The position numbers were made by a program, and so were the translations under genes. Source: Malacoraja senta (Eukaryota). From it: a stretch of DNA of 64,000 nucleotides. The stretch spans positions 5,084,001 to 5,148,000 of the forward strand of contig CM075987.1 of NCBI GenBank assembly GCA_038087875.1, in the 5' to 3' direction. Shown here piece after piece: positions 38,660-50,350 of this stretch. A model generated the notes under the pieces. That model made no database searches. It saw nothing but the letters and a program-made list of their open reading frames with translations, and was not told the DNA's origin. Position 1 is the first letter of the stretch. Every line of letters starts with the position of its first letter.

Positions 38660-38950
38660 TACTTTAGTTTAGAGATACAGGGTGGAAGCAGGCCCTTTGG
38701 CCCACTGAGGCCGTGCCGACCAGCGGTCAATTGTACACTAGATCTATTCTATACACAAGGGATAATTTACAGAAGCCAATTAACCTACAAACCTGTACAT
38801 CTTTGGAATGTGGGAGGAAACCAGAAGACTCGGAGAAAACCCACACGATCACAGGGAGAAGGTGCAAACTCCACACAGACAGCACCCGAGGTCAGGATCG
38901 AATCCGGGTCTCGGGCGCTGTAGGCAGCAATTCTACCGCTGCGCCGCTGC
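38660..38950 (-). mobile_element. HE1/V-SINE
   Basis: Diagnostic motifs. Confidence 0.85.
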
Positions 38951-39039
38951 AAGATTTCAGAAGTTAGTTACTACACAATGCACTAATTTGAAAATCTACC
39001 ACATCCTGTGGAGGAAAAAAATGGCATTAAATATGAAAC

Positions 39040-39620
39040 TTTAACTGCACTCGGTGAGCCTGACATTGTGACAGAGGAATCCAGTGGTAAACTGAAAGTT
39101 TTGTTTAACTTCTGGGACCTATCCAGAAGAATGCTGCGTGCGGCTGTAATTATTTGAGTGAAGCAGCGAAACATGGTGCATTACAGCTAGTTCATTCACC
39201 TCGCACAAAGGAGGAAAATAAGGACATGCCAAAGGCTCACCACTTTAATTAGCATTCTACTAAACAAACGAGCTTCAACACAGCTGTAATTAAGCTGGGC
39301 TGAAATTAAGTATATGCCCTTTATCATAATGATCATAGTTAAAAATGGCAAGTAGCATGAAACTGTATTATTAATCCTGTAACCTCACACTGAAATGCGT
39401 GTACATAGAAATCAGCATGTCAAGGCTGTCAAATGTGAACACTGCCTCTGTTGATAAAATACGTGCAATTCCAGAGTCTGCTGCGTTTTGAACAACAATT
39501 CAGCAACTTGAACTTTTCACCAATGTTCAAAGAATAAAAGAAACCCGTTTATAGTCTTTTTAACCTCAATCTGTCAGATTTCCAAAAGGCGCTACAGAAG
39601 GAAAGCTATTTTACTAACTC
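39040..39620. promoter_or_regulatory. Candidate conserved non-coding enhancer
   Basis: No recognisable repeats; clustered TAATTA sites and CTGTCA motifs. Confidence 0.45.
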
Positions 39621-39964
39621 AGCAGGAGAGGATAAAGACAATTATACTTAAGTGAACAATTTTCTATCCCGATAGCTTTCCCTTTTTTGGGGGGGACATG
39701 TATTTTAGTTGGAGTAAATCAAAGTGAGAATGATAGGGGACACTAGTCTCCATTTGATATGTTACCTGCAGGGTGGCATGTGGAAGTCAGGTATTTTCCC
39801 AAGAGAGGAGATTTGGTAAATATATGTAGACCACCCACAAGTACCTTTCCGGGTAATGCAAATAATTCAAGGCTTCTATTCAACTTGACAGAAAATGACT
39901 ATTTCAATTTCAGAGTCTGCAGTAAATGGTTCAGAGCAGATTTGCCAGGAAGATTTGCCGCTAC

Positions 39965-40287
39965 GGGCAGCATAGTGGGCAGCTGGTAGAGCCGCTGCCT
40001 CACAGCGCCAGAGAACTGGGTTCGATCCTGGCCTCGGGTGCTGTCTATGTGGAGTTTACACATTATCCCTGTGTCCACGTGGGTTTCCTTCGGAAGATCC
40101 GGTTTCCTCCCACATTTCAAAGACGCGCAGGTTTGTAGGTTAATTGGCCTCTGTGAATTGCCCTCAATATGTAGGGAGTGGATGAGAAAGTGGGAAAGAC
40201 ATACAACTAGTGTGAGCGGGTGATCGATGGTCGTCCTGGACCTGGTAGGCAGAAGGGCCGGAATCCGCACTGTATCGCTCAACTAAA
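39965..40287 (+). mobile_element. HE1/V-SINE
   Basis: Diagnostic motifs. Confidence 0.85.
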
Positions 40288-41379
40288 GAGTTATAGAGTC
40301 ATAAACACAGAAACAAATCCTTCGGCCCAACTTGTCCATGTTGACCAAGATGACCCATCTACACTAGTCCCATTTTCCCATGTTTCAGCTATATCTCTAT
40401 AAACCTTTCCTATCCATGTACCTGATCAAATGTCTTTCACATGATGTTATAGTACTAAAGTACTTATTGGGTTAAAATATGAGATTGCATAAACTTGTCT
40501 TGCATTCCACTGAATTTAGATGATTGAGGGGTGACCTACACACAGAGAGTTTGGCATTGCAGAACAAGGTTTAAGCAACTGATTTATTTTCTCTGGTGGG
40601 GGGGAGTGGAATAGAAGGGCACACAATCTCACAACTGGACCTGGGTCACAAAGGAAGAAAATCGTGTAATTCTCTTTCACTAAAGGACGGAGAAAATAGG
40701 AAACTCTTCTTCAAAAGGGCTGTGGATCCTCGGTCAACTAAAATTCTCAAACAGGAGCATTTATGTTAGAATCGAGCAAAGAACAAGAGTGCAAGGTGAT
40801 TAATGGTAAGGTTTCGATCTGCTAGGGACTAAATGTATGGTTAAACTCACCTGGAATCGGAAGGATTTGCATGTTTCCACATACATTTAAAAACAAAGTA
40901 TTGGAAGAAAATGTCTTACAGTGCATTTTAACTGCAATAAATTTATGATGCTATAAATGCAATGGCGTTTATTGATAGCAGAATATATTAGGAGTTCAAG
41001 GCACCTGCTCTGCAACTATTAAATATTACAAGCAGGGCGCAATCATTACAAATATAACCTCATTGTAGTGATTGATTGAATGCTACAGCATGGAAACAGG
41101 CCCTTCAGCCCACCGTGTCCACACTGACCATCGATCACCTGTTCACACTAGTTCTACATGATCCCACTTTCTCATTCACTCCTCGCAATTGTACAGCGGC
41201 AAATTTACCGACAAAGCCAAAAGCATATTCCTCCCTCAATAAACAGTGAACATTTGGGTTTGCTTGAAATGGCAGGTTTTGCATTGTGGGTGGATGGTAT
41301 GAGATGTTAAAAAATTATGCCTATTCTGAAACAAGATGGCCCAAATTACATATTAAACAAAGTACAAAAATTGTTTGAT

Positions 41380-41517
41380 CTTCTGCTTGCGTATGGCGTG
41401 CACAGCCTAAAGTTGTAGGACAACTTGTTCTATTTGATCTTATTTGATTGTGCACGCCAGGTTGATTGCATTCGTCGAAACAGGGCGGACCACGAGAAGG
41501 TAGCAATCTCCCACCCC
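41380..41517 (-). mobile_element. 138-bp non-autonomous non-LTR retroelement (ingi/Vingi-like 3' end) headed by an HDV-like ribozyme
   Basis: 12-bp TSD aaattgtttgat (41368-41379) / aaaatgtttgat (41518-41529). The 3' end is ...CACGCCATACGCAAGCAGAAG, and there is an internal 10-bp inverted repeat GGCGTGCACA/TGTGCACGCC. Confidence 0.75.
41464..41517 (-). ncRNA. Compact HDV-like (nested double pseudoknot) self-cleaving ribozyme, 54 nt
   Basis: GGGGUGG-GA-GAUUGCU-ACC-UUCUCGU-GGU-CCGCCCU-G-UUUCGA-C-GAA-UGCAAUC. It has a 7-bp P1 with G1.U wobble, P3 ACC/GGU, an HDV-type L3, P2 GAUUGC/GCAAUC and a CGAA J4/2 with the putative catalytic C at 41474. Confidence 0.8.
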
Positions 41518-42399
41518 AAAATGTTTGATTAGCTCCTGTAACCATCACGCTATAACCATATTAATGGCCATAAAGTACATTTGAAGCTCAAACTTCCACA
41601 CTACATTTCCGTGTTCTTCTGCAAAACATACAACTATAGTGCAGCAGGTGCACACATGATTGTCAGGGATCATAACGTTATATGTACAAGATGGCCACCA
41701 TTAGTCCAATGAGGAATTCAGGAGAATCCTTTTTACCAAGGCAGTGGTTACAATGTGGAGTTCACCGACACATGACGTATTTAAGATGAAAAGCAAAATA
41801 CATATTTAAGAAGGGGTTCAATATCTACATGAAGCAATGAGGAATAGAAAGGGTAGGCAAATAATGAGAGACAAGATTGAGGAGAGGACTTGTGTGGCAC
41901 ATGAACAGCAGACAGATATTGACGAGGCAAACAGCCTCAACAGTCCAGAGTGTTTATTTGTCATATCCACTGGAATTGAACCAGAACAATGAAATACTTC
42001 CTTGTGGTAACTTTACAAGACACATTTACATGCTGTACATTAAACGCAACAGAGTCACAGTGCTGTACAGCACAGAAACAGGCCCTTCCTCACCTTGTCC
42101 ATGCCAACCAAGTTAGCATCCTGGGCAAGTGCCACTTGCCTGCAATTGGCCCATATCCTTCTCAACCCTTCCTATCCATCTATTTGTCCAAATGTATTAA
42201 CAAAAATGTATAATTGTACCCGCTTATGTAGCTTCCTCTGGAGGCTCGTTCCAGGTACCGACTACCCTCACAGTGAACGTTGCCCGAGGTCTCTCTTAAA
42301 TCTCTCACCACTCACAAAAGAAAACAATAAATGATCGGTTATTCAAAGTAAACCAGACCACAATAGTGGATAATATGTAGAGCAGCTATAATAGTGCCA

Positions 42400-42930
42400 A
42401 GTCCGCAGTGATTTGGTGCTGAGGTAGGGTTTTTGTTCGGGTTGATAGTTGATAAGAAGAAGCTGTTCGATGAACATGGAGGTGGCTGTTCTCAGGCTCC
42501 TGTACCTTCTTCCCAATTATAGAAGCATGAAGAGAGTCTGGCCAGACTGATGTGGGTCTGCTGCCTTCATGAGGCAGTTTCCTGCAGATCCCTTTGATGG
42601 TGGGGAGGTCAGCACCTCTGATGAACTGGGCAATGTCCACCACTTCCTGCAGTTTCCTTCGTCCCGGAGCGTTCAAATTTCCCAACCAGGCCGCGGTACA
42701 ACCAGTCAGTATGTCCTCCACCGTAGACTTGGAGAAGTTTGACAGAGTATTCATCGACTTCTATGGAAGTAGAGACGGGGGTGGGCTTTCTTTGTGATTG
42801 CCTTGATGTGCAGAGCCCAGGATAGATCATCGGAGGTGTGCAGAGCCAGGAACTTGAAGCTCTTGGCTCTCTTCATTGCTGTCCGACCAATGAAGACGGG
42901 TGCATAGTCTCTCAACTTTCCCTTCTTGAA
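42400..42930 (-). mobile_element. Decayed Rex1 3' fragment
   Basis: TLSNF.KSTVEDILTGC.AAWLGN...LQEVVDIAQFI. Confidence 0.8.
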
Positions 42931-44579
42931 TAGCCTGTTCCTGCTCTATGGGATAATTACACTTAAACATCTAGAATCAGAACAAAGTTAAAAATTCAAC
43001 TTTATTTAAATTTCAAAATCATATTACTTCCCGATTTTGTGCTCAACAAGAAATCAAAGATCCCCATCAATACAAGTGTGTTGCGCTAATTTTCCTTTGT
43101 CTTTGTGAGAATCTGGACAACGTTATTTGCACAATATTAATGCAGCTAGAAAACGTAAACCTGCCCTTTCGAGCTGTTAATGTTTTTGAAGCGAGCTTTA
43201 ATATCAGATGATGTAAAGCTCTGATGCACTTCCTTAAACTTGCTTATTGAACATTGTAAACAATGAAAAGCAATGTGTTTTCCATCATTTAATTTAAAAA
43301 TGATGCAGTGCAATATTACAGTCATGAATGATGGAGGCAAAGAACAGACTCAGCATAGCTACTTTTGGATCATTGCTTTATTAATGGTAATGTCAGTAAA
43401 ATGAAAAATGCTAACATTGTCATGTTTAGCTACTAGGTGTAGATGAATTGGCTCTTCAGTACTCCGAGGGTTACAATTCCACACAACAATGAGCACTTCT
43501 ATTGTTGCACAGGGGGGAGAAAGCCTACACGAACACTGAAGGAATTCAAGTGCAATGCGTCACAAATTCCTGCACTCAGTCTCTGGTGCAACGATGTGTA
43601 AAGCACAGAATTGTCATCCAAAAGTTAGGACCTATTACTTTCTCGAGCTTTGTGCAAGATTCTCGTACAGAGTTGAGCTTTCATCGATTTTACTGCCCAT
43701 TAACGGCTGCTCATCTGTACGTGGGAAAATATCATTTAAAATAAAATCCCAGCTCAGTTAACATCAGTAGAGTTTATAAAAACAATGGAATTATTTTACA
43801 TTTTGCTTTTTCCTCTCCTTAAATATTAAGACACTGGTGCAGAGGGACCATTTCTTAAAGATATCACAATGACATCGGTCTTAAATGGTTGGTCTAATGC
43901 ATAAATCCGTGATCTGTGAGACGGAAGTTCCCCTCTGCACTGTTTTAATGGAGGTGTAATCAGTTTAACATAAATGGGTTAATGCCTCTTAAAATAGCAG
44001 AGAAATATTTCAGACAAATGCATTAAAGACTCATATGCTGGTTTCCCACAGCGTAATTCCAGGGTCAAAGTTTTTAAGTGGCCACTTACTACACAATTTC
44101 CTACATAAAATTTGAACTCAGTGTTCCCACTAATCTGGCTCGTTCTTTACATCACCTTTAATGAACATATACTTGATTAGTTTATCAAATAAAAAGGCCT
44201 TTTCTTGAACAGAGTTCAGAGATATAATGATTTACTATATCAGTGCTATACGATACAATTGTTAATTTTGAAAGTCGACTCCAATATATTGCATGATGGA
44301 ATAGGTTCTAAATGGGGGACACATTTCGCAATGATTCAACTCATATTGATATTCGGCACATAAGCCAGCCATTAGCATTTTTTAACCTGCGCATAATAAA
44401 AAGATGGAAATTCCTATTACTACATGAAAGATTATTGTGCTTAATAACGTGCGAAGTTACAGACAAATGACCAAATTGCCAGTGTCCATCACAGATCACC
44501 CAGTGCGAGCGAAGAGAAAAATCTGAACAAAATGAAGGAACATTCTTTCAAATAATATTTCTGATTGGATTGGATCCAG

Positions 44580-44848
44580 AAATGCAGCATGGAACAGGCC
44601 ATTCGGCTCACTGAGTCCACACCGACCATTGATTCCTCCCGCTCACATTAGTCCTATGTTATCCCGTTCTCACATGCACTCCCTGCACACTAGGGGCAAT
44701 TTACATTGACACACAAAACTGCATGTGTTTGTAATGTAGGAGGAAACCCACGCAGTCACAGGAAGAACGTGCAAACACCACACAGACAGCACCCGAGCTC
44801 AGGATTGAACCTGGGCTCGGGTCTCTACCGCTGCGCCACTGCGCCACC
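44580..44848 (-). mobile_element. Old HE1/V-SINE
   Basis: Degenerate copy. Confidence 0.7.
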
Positions 44849-45099
44849 TATGGGGAACAGAGGTCAAAAGTCACACTGTGGGTGCTGATGGATTCTTCCT
44901 AACCAAATTCCTTTTACACTGTTGGGCAACTATGGATAAATATTATCAACACTTTAAAATGTAGCAGGTCCTTCTGCTATTAACCTTATAACAAATCTGA
45001 AGAATCTGAGATATGTTAACAGGCCATTTGTTTAGCATCAACAACCCAACTTGCTGAACAGCTCCAGGAGTCCCAAATTGAAATGAGTTTGTACGCTGC

Positions 45100-45900
45100 A
45101 TCCTGCCAGTTTGCATACAAGAAATAAATCCCTTGAAATTACACGCGCTAATTAGTTAAAACGATATCAAAGAAGGGGCTTAGTTTTTTTTTCTCTCCTG
45201 ATTGCCACCCACTGGACCAGACGCACATTGTTGTGTGGAGAACTTTCCCAAGGCCCGGGAGGGGAAGCTGCTGCTCCCTAAATCAATAGATTGCCGTGAC
45301 ATGACAAATAAGCTCTGGCTTGACAGCAGCTCCAAGACATATTGTAGTTTATTTTGTCATTTGGGCTCGCCATCTGTGCCATTCCAACTGAGGCTTCCTC
45401 CACACACCGCTCCAAACGCCTCACGGAAGTCCGTGGTCCCTAAATAGCTCCACAGCCAAAGACAGTCATTAGTCAAATTGTCTAATGAGAGGGAATAAAA
45501 ATTGCCCCCCTATCCTGTCAGGAGAAAAACTTTGGTGTCGTTGAAACTCGTGACCCGTGGCATGAGAACTGATGGTAGGGAGCTTCTATTTTCAGATTAG
45601 TTTAATGACTCTTCTACTCCTTGCGATAATAATATGGTGCTGTGGACATGTATCTTTTGTGCGGGGATGATAATGCACAACTAACCAGCACAATACCATG
45701 TAATCAATTCACGAGGCACAAAAGGGAAAAAAAATAATTATCTTGCTCTTCAGCCCAGTGCTTGAAAGTTGAAACGGTAAGTGCAGCTCCTGTGAGCGAA
45801 ATGAGTATTAAGAAAGGTCTACATCAATTAAATCTTGGCATGCCTTGCTTCAAGTATCTGCATTTCTGAAGATTATTTATGTATCGTTACCTGAAAATCC
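45100..45900. promoter_or_regulatory. Candidate conserved non-coding enhancer
   Basis: No recognisable repeats, complex sequence; CTAATTAG, TAAATCAA, TGACAG/CTGTCA and TAATCA motifs. Confidence 0.45.
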
Positions 45901-46149
45901 TTATAATTTAATAATTAATTTTAGTTATTGAAATCTGCAGTTGCTGGATAGCAAATAGGTTTCTGCTTGTAAAGACAGAGGCAGAGCATTCAAGTTCAAG
46001 ATTTTCAGATGAAAATTAGCTTCATCTTTCTATTGCTAAAATGCAGTCATTTATGGATTCTTTGGTTTTAAATGGCTTCATGGTTGTTTGAGAAGTGCTC
46101 TGGCGTATACTGTGAGAGACAATGAAGAATCACGTAAATGGAGGCAGAC

Positions 46150-47560
46150 TGTTTTAGTTTTAGTTTTGGAGATACAGTATGGAAACAAGCCCTTCGACCC
46201 ACCGATTCCATGCCGGCCATCATCAATTCATACTAGTTCTATGTATCTCACCTTCTCAAGGGGCAATTTACAGAGGCCAATTAACCTACAAACTCCACAC
46301 ATCTTTGGGATGTGGGAGGAAAGCGGAGCACCCGGATGATACCCGCGCAGTCACAGGGAGACAATGCAAACTCCGCCTAGACATCACCCAAGGTGAGGAT
46401 TAAACCCGGGTCTCTGGTGCTGTGAGGCAGCAGCTCCACCAGCTGTGCCACTGTGCCTCCTTGACTGCAAAAAATCTAATTCCATGCTTTTCAATACAGG
46501 GACCTGGTCTAAGCCCTCCCAACCATCATGACCAGGTAGAAACAACGGACTGGCGATGCTGGTTTAGCTAAACAGACACAAAGTGCTGGAATAACTCAAG
46601 AAGGGTCACACAAAAATGCTGGAGAAACTCAGCGGGTAGAGCAGCATCTATGGGGCGAAGGAGATAGGCAACGTTTCAGGCCGAGGATTTTCCAGCATCT
46701 GCAGTTCCTTCTTAAAAACTCAAGAAGGGTAACCGACGAAGGTTTTGATTCACAACGTCATCCATCCGTGTTCTCCAAAAATGCTGCCTGACCTGCTGAC
46801 TTACTCTATCTTTACGTCTTTTTTGACCAATTACGTGCCTTGGGTACTGTCTGTGTGGAGTACGCACGTTCTTCCTGTGACAGCGTGGATTTCTTCCAGG
46901 TGCTCCGGTTTCTTCCCACATACCAAAGACGTGCGTGTTTGTAGGTTAATTGGCCTCTGTAAATTGCCCCTAGTGTGTAGGGAGTGGATGAGAAAGTGAG
47001 ATACATAAAACTAGTGTGAATCGATGTTCGGCATTGAATCGGTGGGTCAAAGGGCTTGTTTCCATGCTGTATCTCTCAAACTAAAACAGTCTGTCTGGAT
47101 CCAAATAATTCTTCATACCTTTGTCTCTCACATTATACTCCAGAACTCTTCTGTGGTTAAAATATCCAAATTAGCTGAGATGTTACAACAGCACCTATCA
47201 TTACATTTTACCCATCGTGTGTTTAGTTTAGCTTAGTTTAGTTTAGAGATACGGCGTGGAAACAGGGCCTTTGGCCCACTGAGACCTTGCCGACCAGCGA
47301 TCCCCACACACTAACACTATCCTACACACACTAGAGACAATTTACAAACCTGTGCATCTTTGAAGTGTGGGAGGAAATCGGAGCACCCGCAGAAAACGGA
47401 GCTGGCATGGAGGCATAGATCAGCCATGATTGAATGGCGGAGTAGACTCGATGGGCCGAATGGCCTAATTCCACTCCTAAACCGTGTGAACTTGTTAAAA
47501 CCTTGGCAAGTCACGGGGAGAATGTACAAAGTCCGTACAGACAGCACCCACAGTCAGGAT
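46150..47560. mobile_element. Cluster of three HE1/V-SINEs (46150-46458 minus, 46840-47087 plus, 47221-47560 minus) and Penelope pLTR pieces (about 46540-46830)
   Basis: Diagnostic motifs. Confidence 0.8.
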
Positions 47561-48403
47561 CGGTTTTGCACTGGGGTTTTCTATAATTACAAAACCACTT
47601 TGGGGAAGCACCCTTTTAAGAAGATCTGGAATCTTGACTAGGGCGAGCAATTGGGCATCATTTTTCCCAATCAGATCGAATATGTCACACTGCAATACCA
47701 TGGCGGAAGTTGAAGCTACCACAGTTAAGTCAATGCAACACAGAAACAGTCAATGAGAAACTCACAGGGAGAAAGACAAATGAGGTTAAGTGCGATAAAA
47801 GAGACAGACAATAAATTAAAATAATGTAAGGTTATAATAAAATCAGTTACAATAAATAAAATGTGACGGAATGAGAATCCACATTTCTGAACTTAATTTT
47901 CAGTGCCAGAGAGAGTGACAATAATTAGCACAGACACCAGGAGCCTAAATTACATTTTAATAATATTGTGAGACAAAAGGCTCATCAATATTTTTTACTG
48001 CAATTCCTTTAACTTGGAATACTAAGGTTTTTGATGAGATTTTTTTTTTAAATATAGCTACAATGGCAATTCTTGCTCTCAAATATTTTTTGTGGAGTCT
48101 ATAATAAGAAAAATAAGATTTAATTTATCTCGTACAGTTAAGTGAATTAAAAGCTTAGGAAATAAAATTACATTTTCTCCACGAGTTTTGCATGGATCAG
48201 TCAAATATCACACTGCACTAATTGCCTAAATTCGTTCATCCAACTAGTCATTTAGTATCTGACATCAGTCAACCAACCATGCTAGTTTATAGAACAGAAG
48301 ATAAAAATTACAAGAATGTTTCTTATGCCATGTTTTTAATTCACATTAACAAAAAACCCAAACCGTATAATCAAAGTTTTCGCAAATGCATGCTACTTTG
48401 TTT

Positions 48404-48583
48404 NNNNNNNNNNNNNNNNNNNNNNNNNNNNNNNNNNNNNNNNNNNNNNNNNNNNNNNNNNNNNNNNNNNNNNNNNNNNNNNNNNNNNNNNNNNNNNNNN
48501 NNNNNNNNNNNNNNNNNNNNNNNNNNNNNNNNNNNNNNNNNNNNNNNNNNNNNNNNNNNNNNNNNNNNNNNNNNNNNNNNNNN
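48404..48583. other. Assembly gap (180 N)
   Basis: Run of N. Confidence 1.
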
Positions 48584-50350
48584 GCGATCACACTACTCGA
48601 AGAAACAACACGCTAGCGGTAAAAATTGTACATATTCCGGTAGAGATTAATCCCGTGAAATCAAAAATCGCCTTATCTGAAAATTTCATGCATTATTACT
48701 TGAGTTATTTATGAAAATGTTCACAAATCTCAAATAACTTAGAAAATAAATGAGATAGTCTCGCTGATGATGTCACAATGGATCTGACTGCCTGCCTCTG
48801 CTCGTGCTGCGAGTGACGTCACCCCAGTTATGTCTTCTGTACTTCTTGGCTTCTTTAAATTTGTCACTTAGCATTTTTTAAACTGCTGCTCAAGTCTTGC
48901 TGTGCGCTCCGCTGGGCGCCTTGAAGTTCTAGAACATGGCCGCGGCAGCCGTTATCGCCAGGCGGGCGCAGGTGCAGGTGCGGGGCAGCGTGATGGGAAG
49001 GTGGCCCTGGTGGCCATTACTCCCTCTGGGAGAGGCCGTCTATGGAGACCTGCGATTCCTCCGTCGATCATAGGGACTCGGGGAATCCCACCTGGCGATC
49101 CCGATCCCACCTGGCGATCTCTGGCCGTCACGGGGGACGACCTCCTCTCCGTCTCCCCCGCCCGATCGTCTGTCATGCGGGTGGGTGGGCTTCCCCTCGC
49201 GGAAACCACAATCGGCCGGCCCTCCGCTGCGTTTGACCGTCCGCCCGCTCGCAGCATCAGGGCAACCCGCTCGCAGCAGCAGGGCCACCCGCTCAAAAGA
49301 CGCCGCAAATCGAACACCCCAGCTCCAAAAGGCAGCAAGCTCCCCTGCCCGTGTCCCTCTCTGCACCTACGTGTCCATCCTCCGCGTCCCTCTCTGTGCC
49401 TCTGTGTCCCTCTCTCTCTCTATCCCCCTCCCTCTCCATCCGCGCCTGCGAGTTGGGGGCTATGCGTGAGTGGATAGGGCGGGGCATGGGGTAAAAGGAT
49501 TGAATGAATAATATTAATATTAAATCAATGGGGGTGGTTAAGGGGCTGTCCCACTGCGGCGACCTAATCTGCAAATTTAGACAAGTTTGCCCTTGACTCA
49601 AACTCGCAGCATGGTCGACACGTGGTCCTAGGAGGTCCTATGAGGTCACTGGAACTCTCCTTCATGCCCGAGGGAAGTTCCCGAATACTCGCGGCCTCAG
49701 CTAGTTTGCGACTATTTTTCAGCATGTTGAAAAATTTTCCGCGAGTAAAATTCGGAAGGCATGGTTCTTTTAAACTCCTAGTGCAGTGGAGTGGGGTCAC
49801 TATTTAGTTACAGGCAGTCGAGGGCAGCCGTAGGCAATCTCCTTCGCTGACCGGGCATTTTGATTGGCTCATTGGAGTTTTCAGCACCAGGGAAAACCGA
49901 CCAGTAGATAAAATGCCCGTTAAACTTTATTATACTTCCTAAAAGTGTCTCCACTCCTTCTCCCCCCCTTCTCTCTCCCCCCGCACTCTCTAAAGGACTT
50001 AGCGTACACCGTGCAGCCGTCTTTTACCTTCCACTTCATCGCGGGTGTGAATTTCAGACAGCGTTCCCCCGCTTTCCCTGGCCCCCGCCTTTGCGATGTG
50101 TTTGTGTGTGTGTGTGTGCGTGTGCGTGTGGTGGTTAGTGTGTGTGTGTATGTGTGAGAGGTTGGTTAGTGTATGTGTGACACCTCAGGCCGGCACCCCC
50201 CCCCCCGCAACCTGTGTTATTCGAGGACTGTGTGTCCTTTTATATAAACCAGCATCTGCAGTTCCTTGTTTCTACATTTGTCCCTCTACCTACCCTGGTG
50301 GGAAGCCCATTAGCTTGAGGGGACGGGATCCAACGGGTCCCACGGTCCAG
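48584..50350 (+). mobile_element. Helitron-like composite element with CpG-rich interior; 5' end lies in the gap
   Basis: 3' end GGGGACGGGATCCAACGGGTCCCACGGTCCAG|T (hairpin plus terminus similar to 25518). Confidence 0.45.
49541..50128. mobile_element. Harbinger-like element lacking its right TIR
   Basis: TTA|AGGGGCTGTCCCACT start; interior homologous to the elements at 36574 and 36961. Confidence 0.75.

Noticed and set aside
45759-45782. Plus-strand microexon-like signal (cag|TGCTTGAAAGTTGAAACG|gtaagt)
   Set aside because: Opposite strand to the host gene, weak pyrimidine tract and no partner exons.
48902-49477. 191-aa ORF and overlapping ORFs
   Set aside because: Low-complexity Pro/Arg/Ser translation of GC-rich repeat interior; no recognisable domain.
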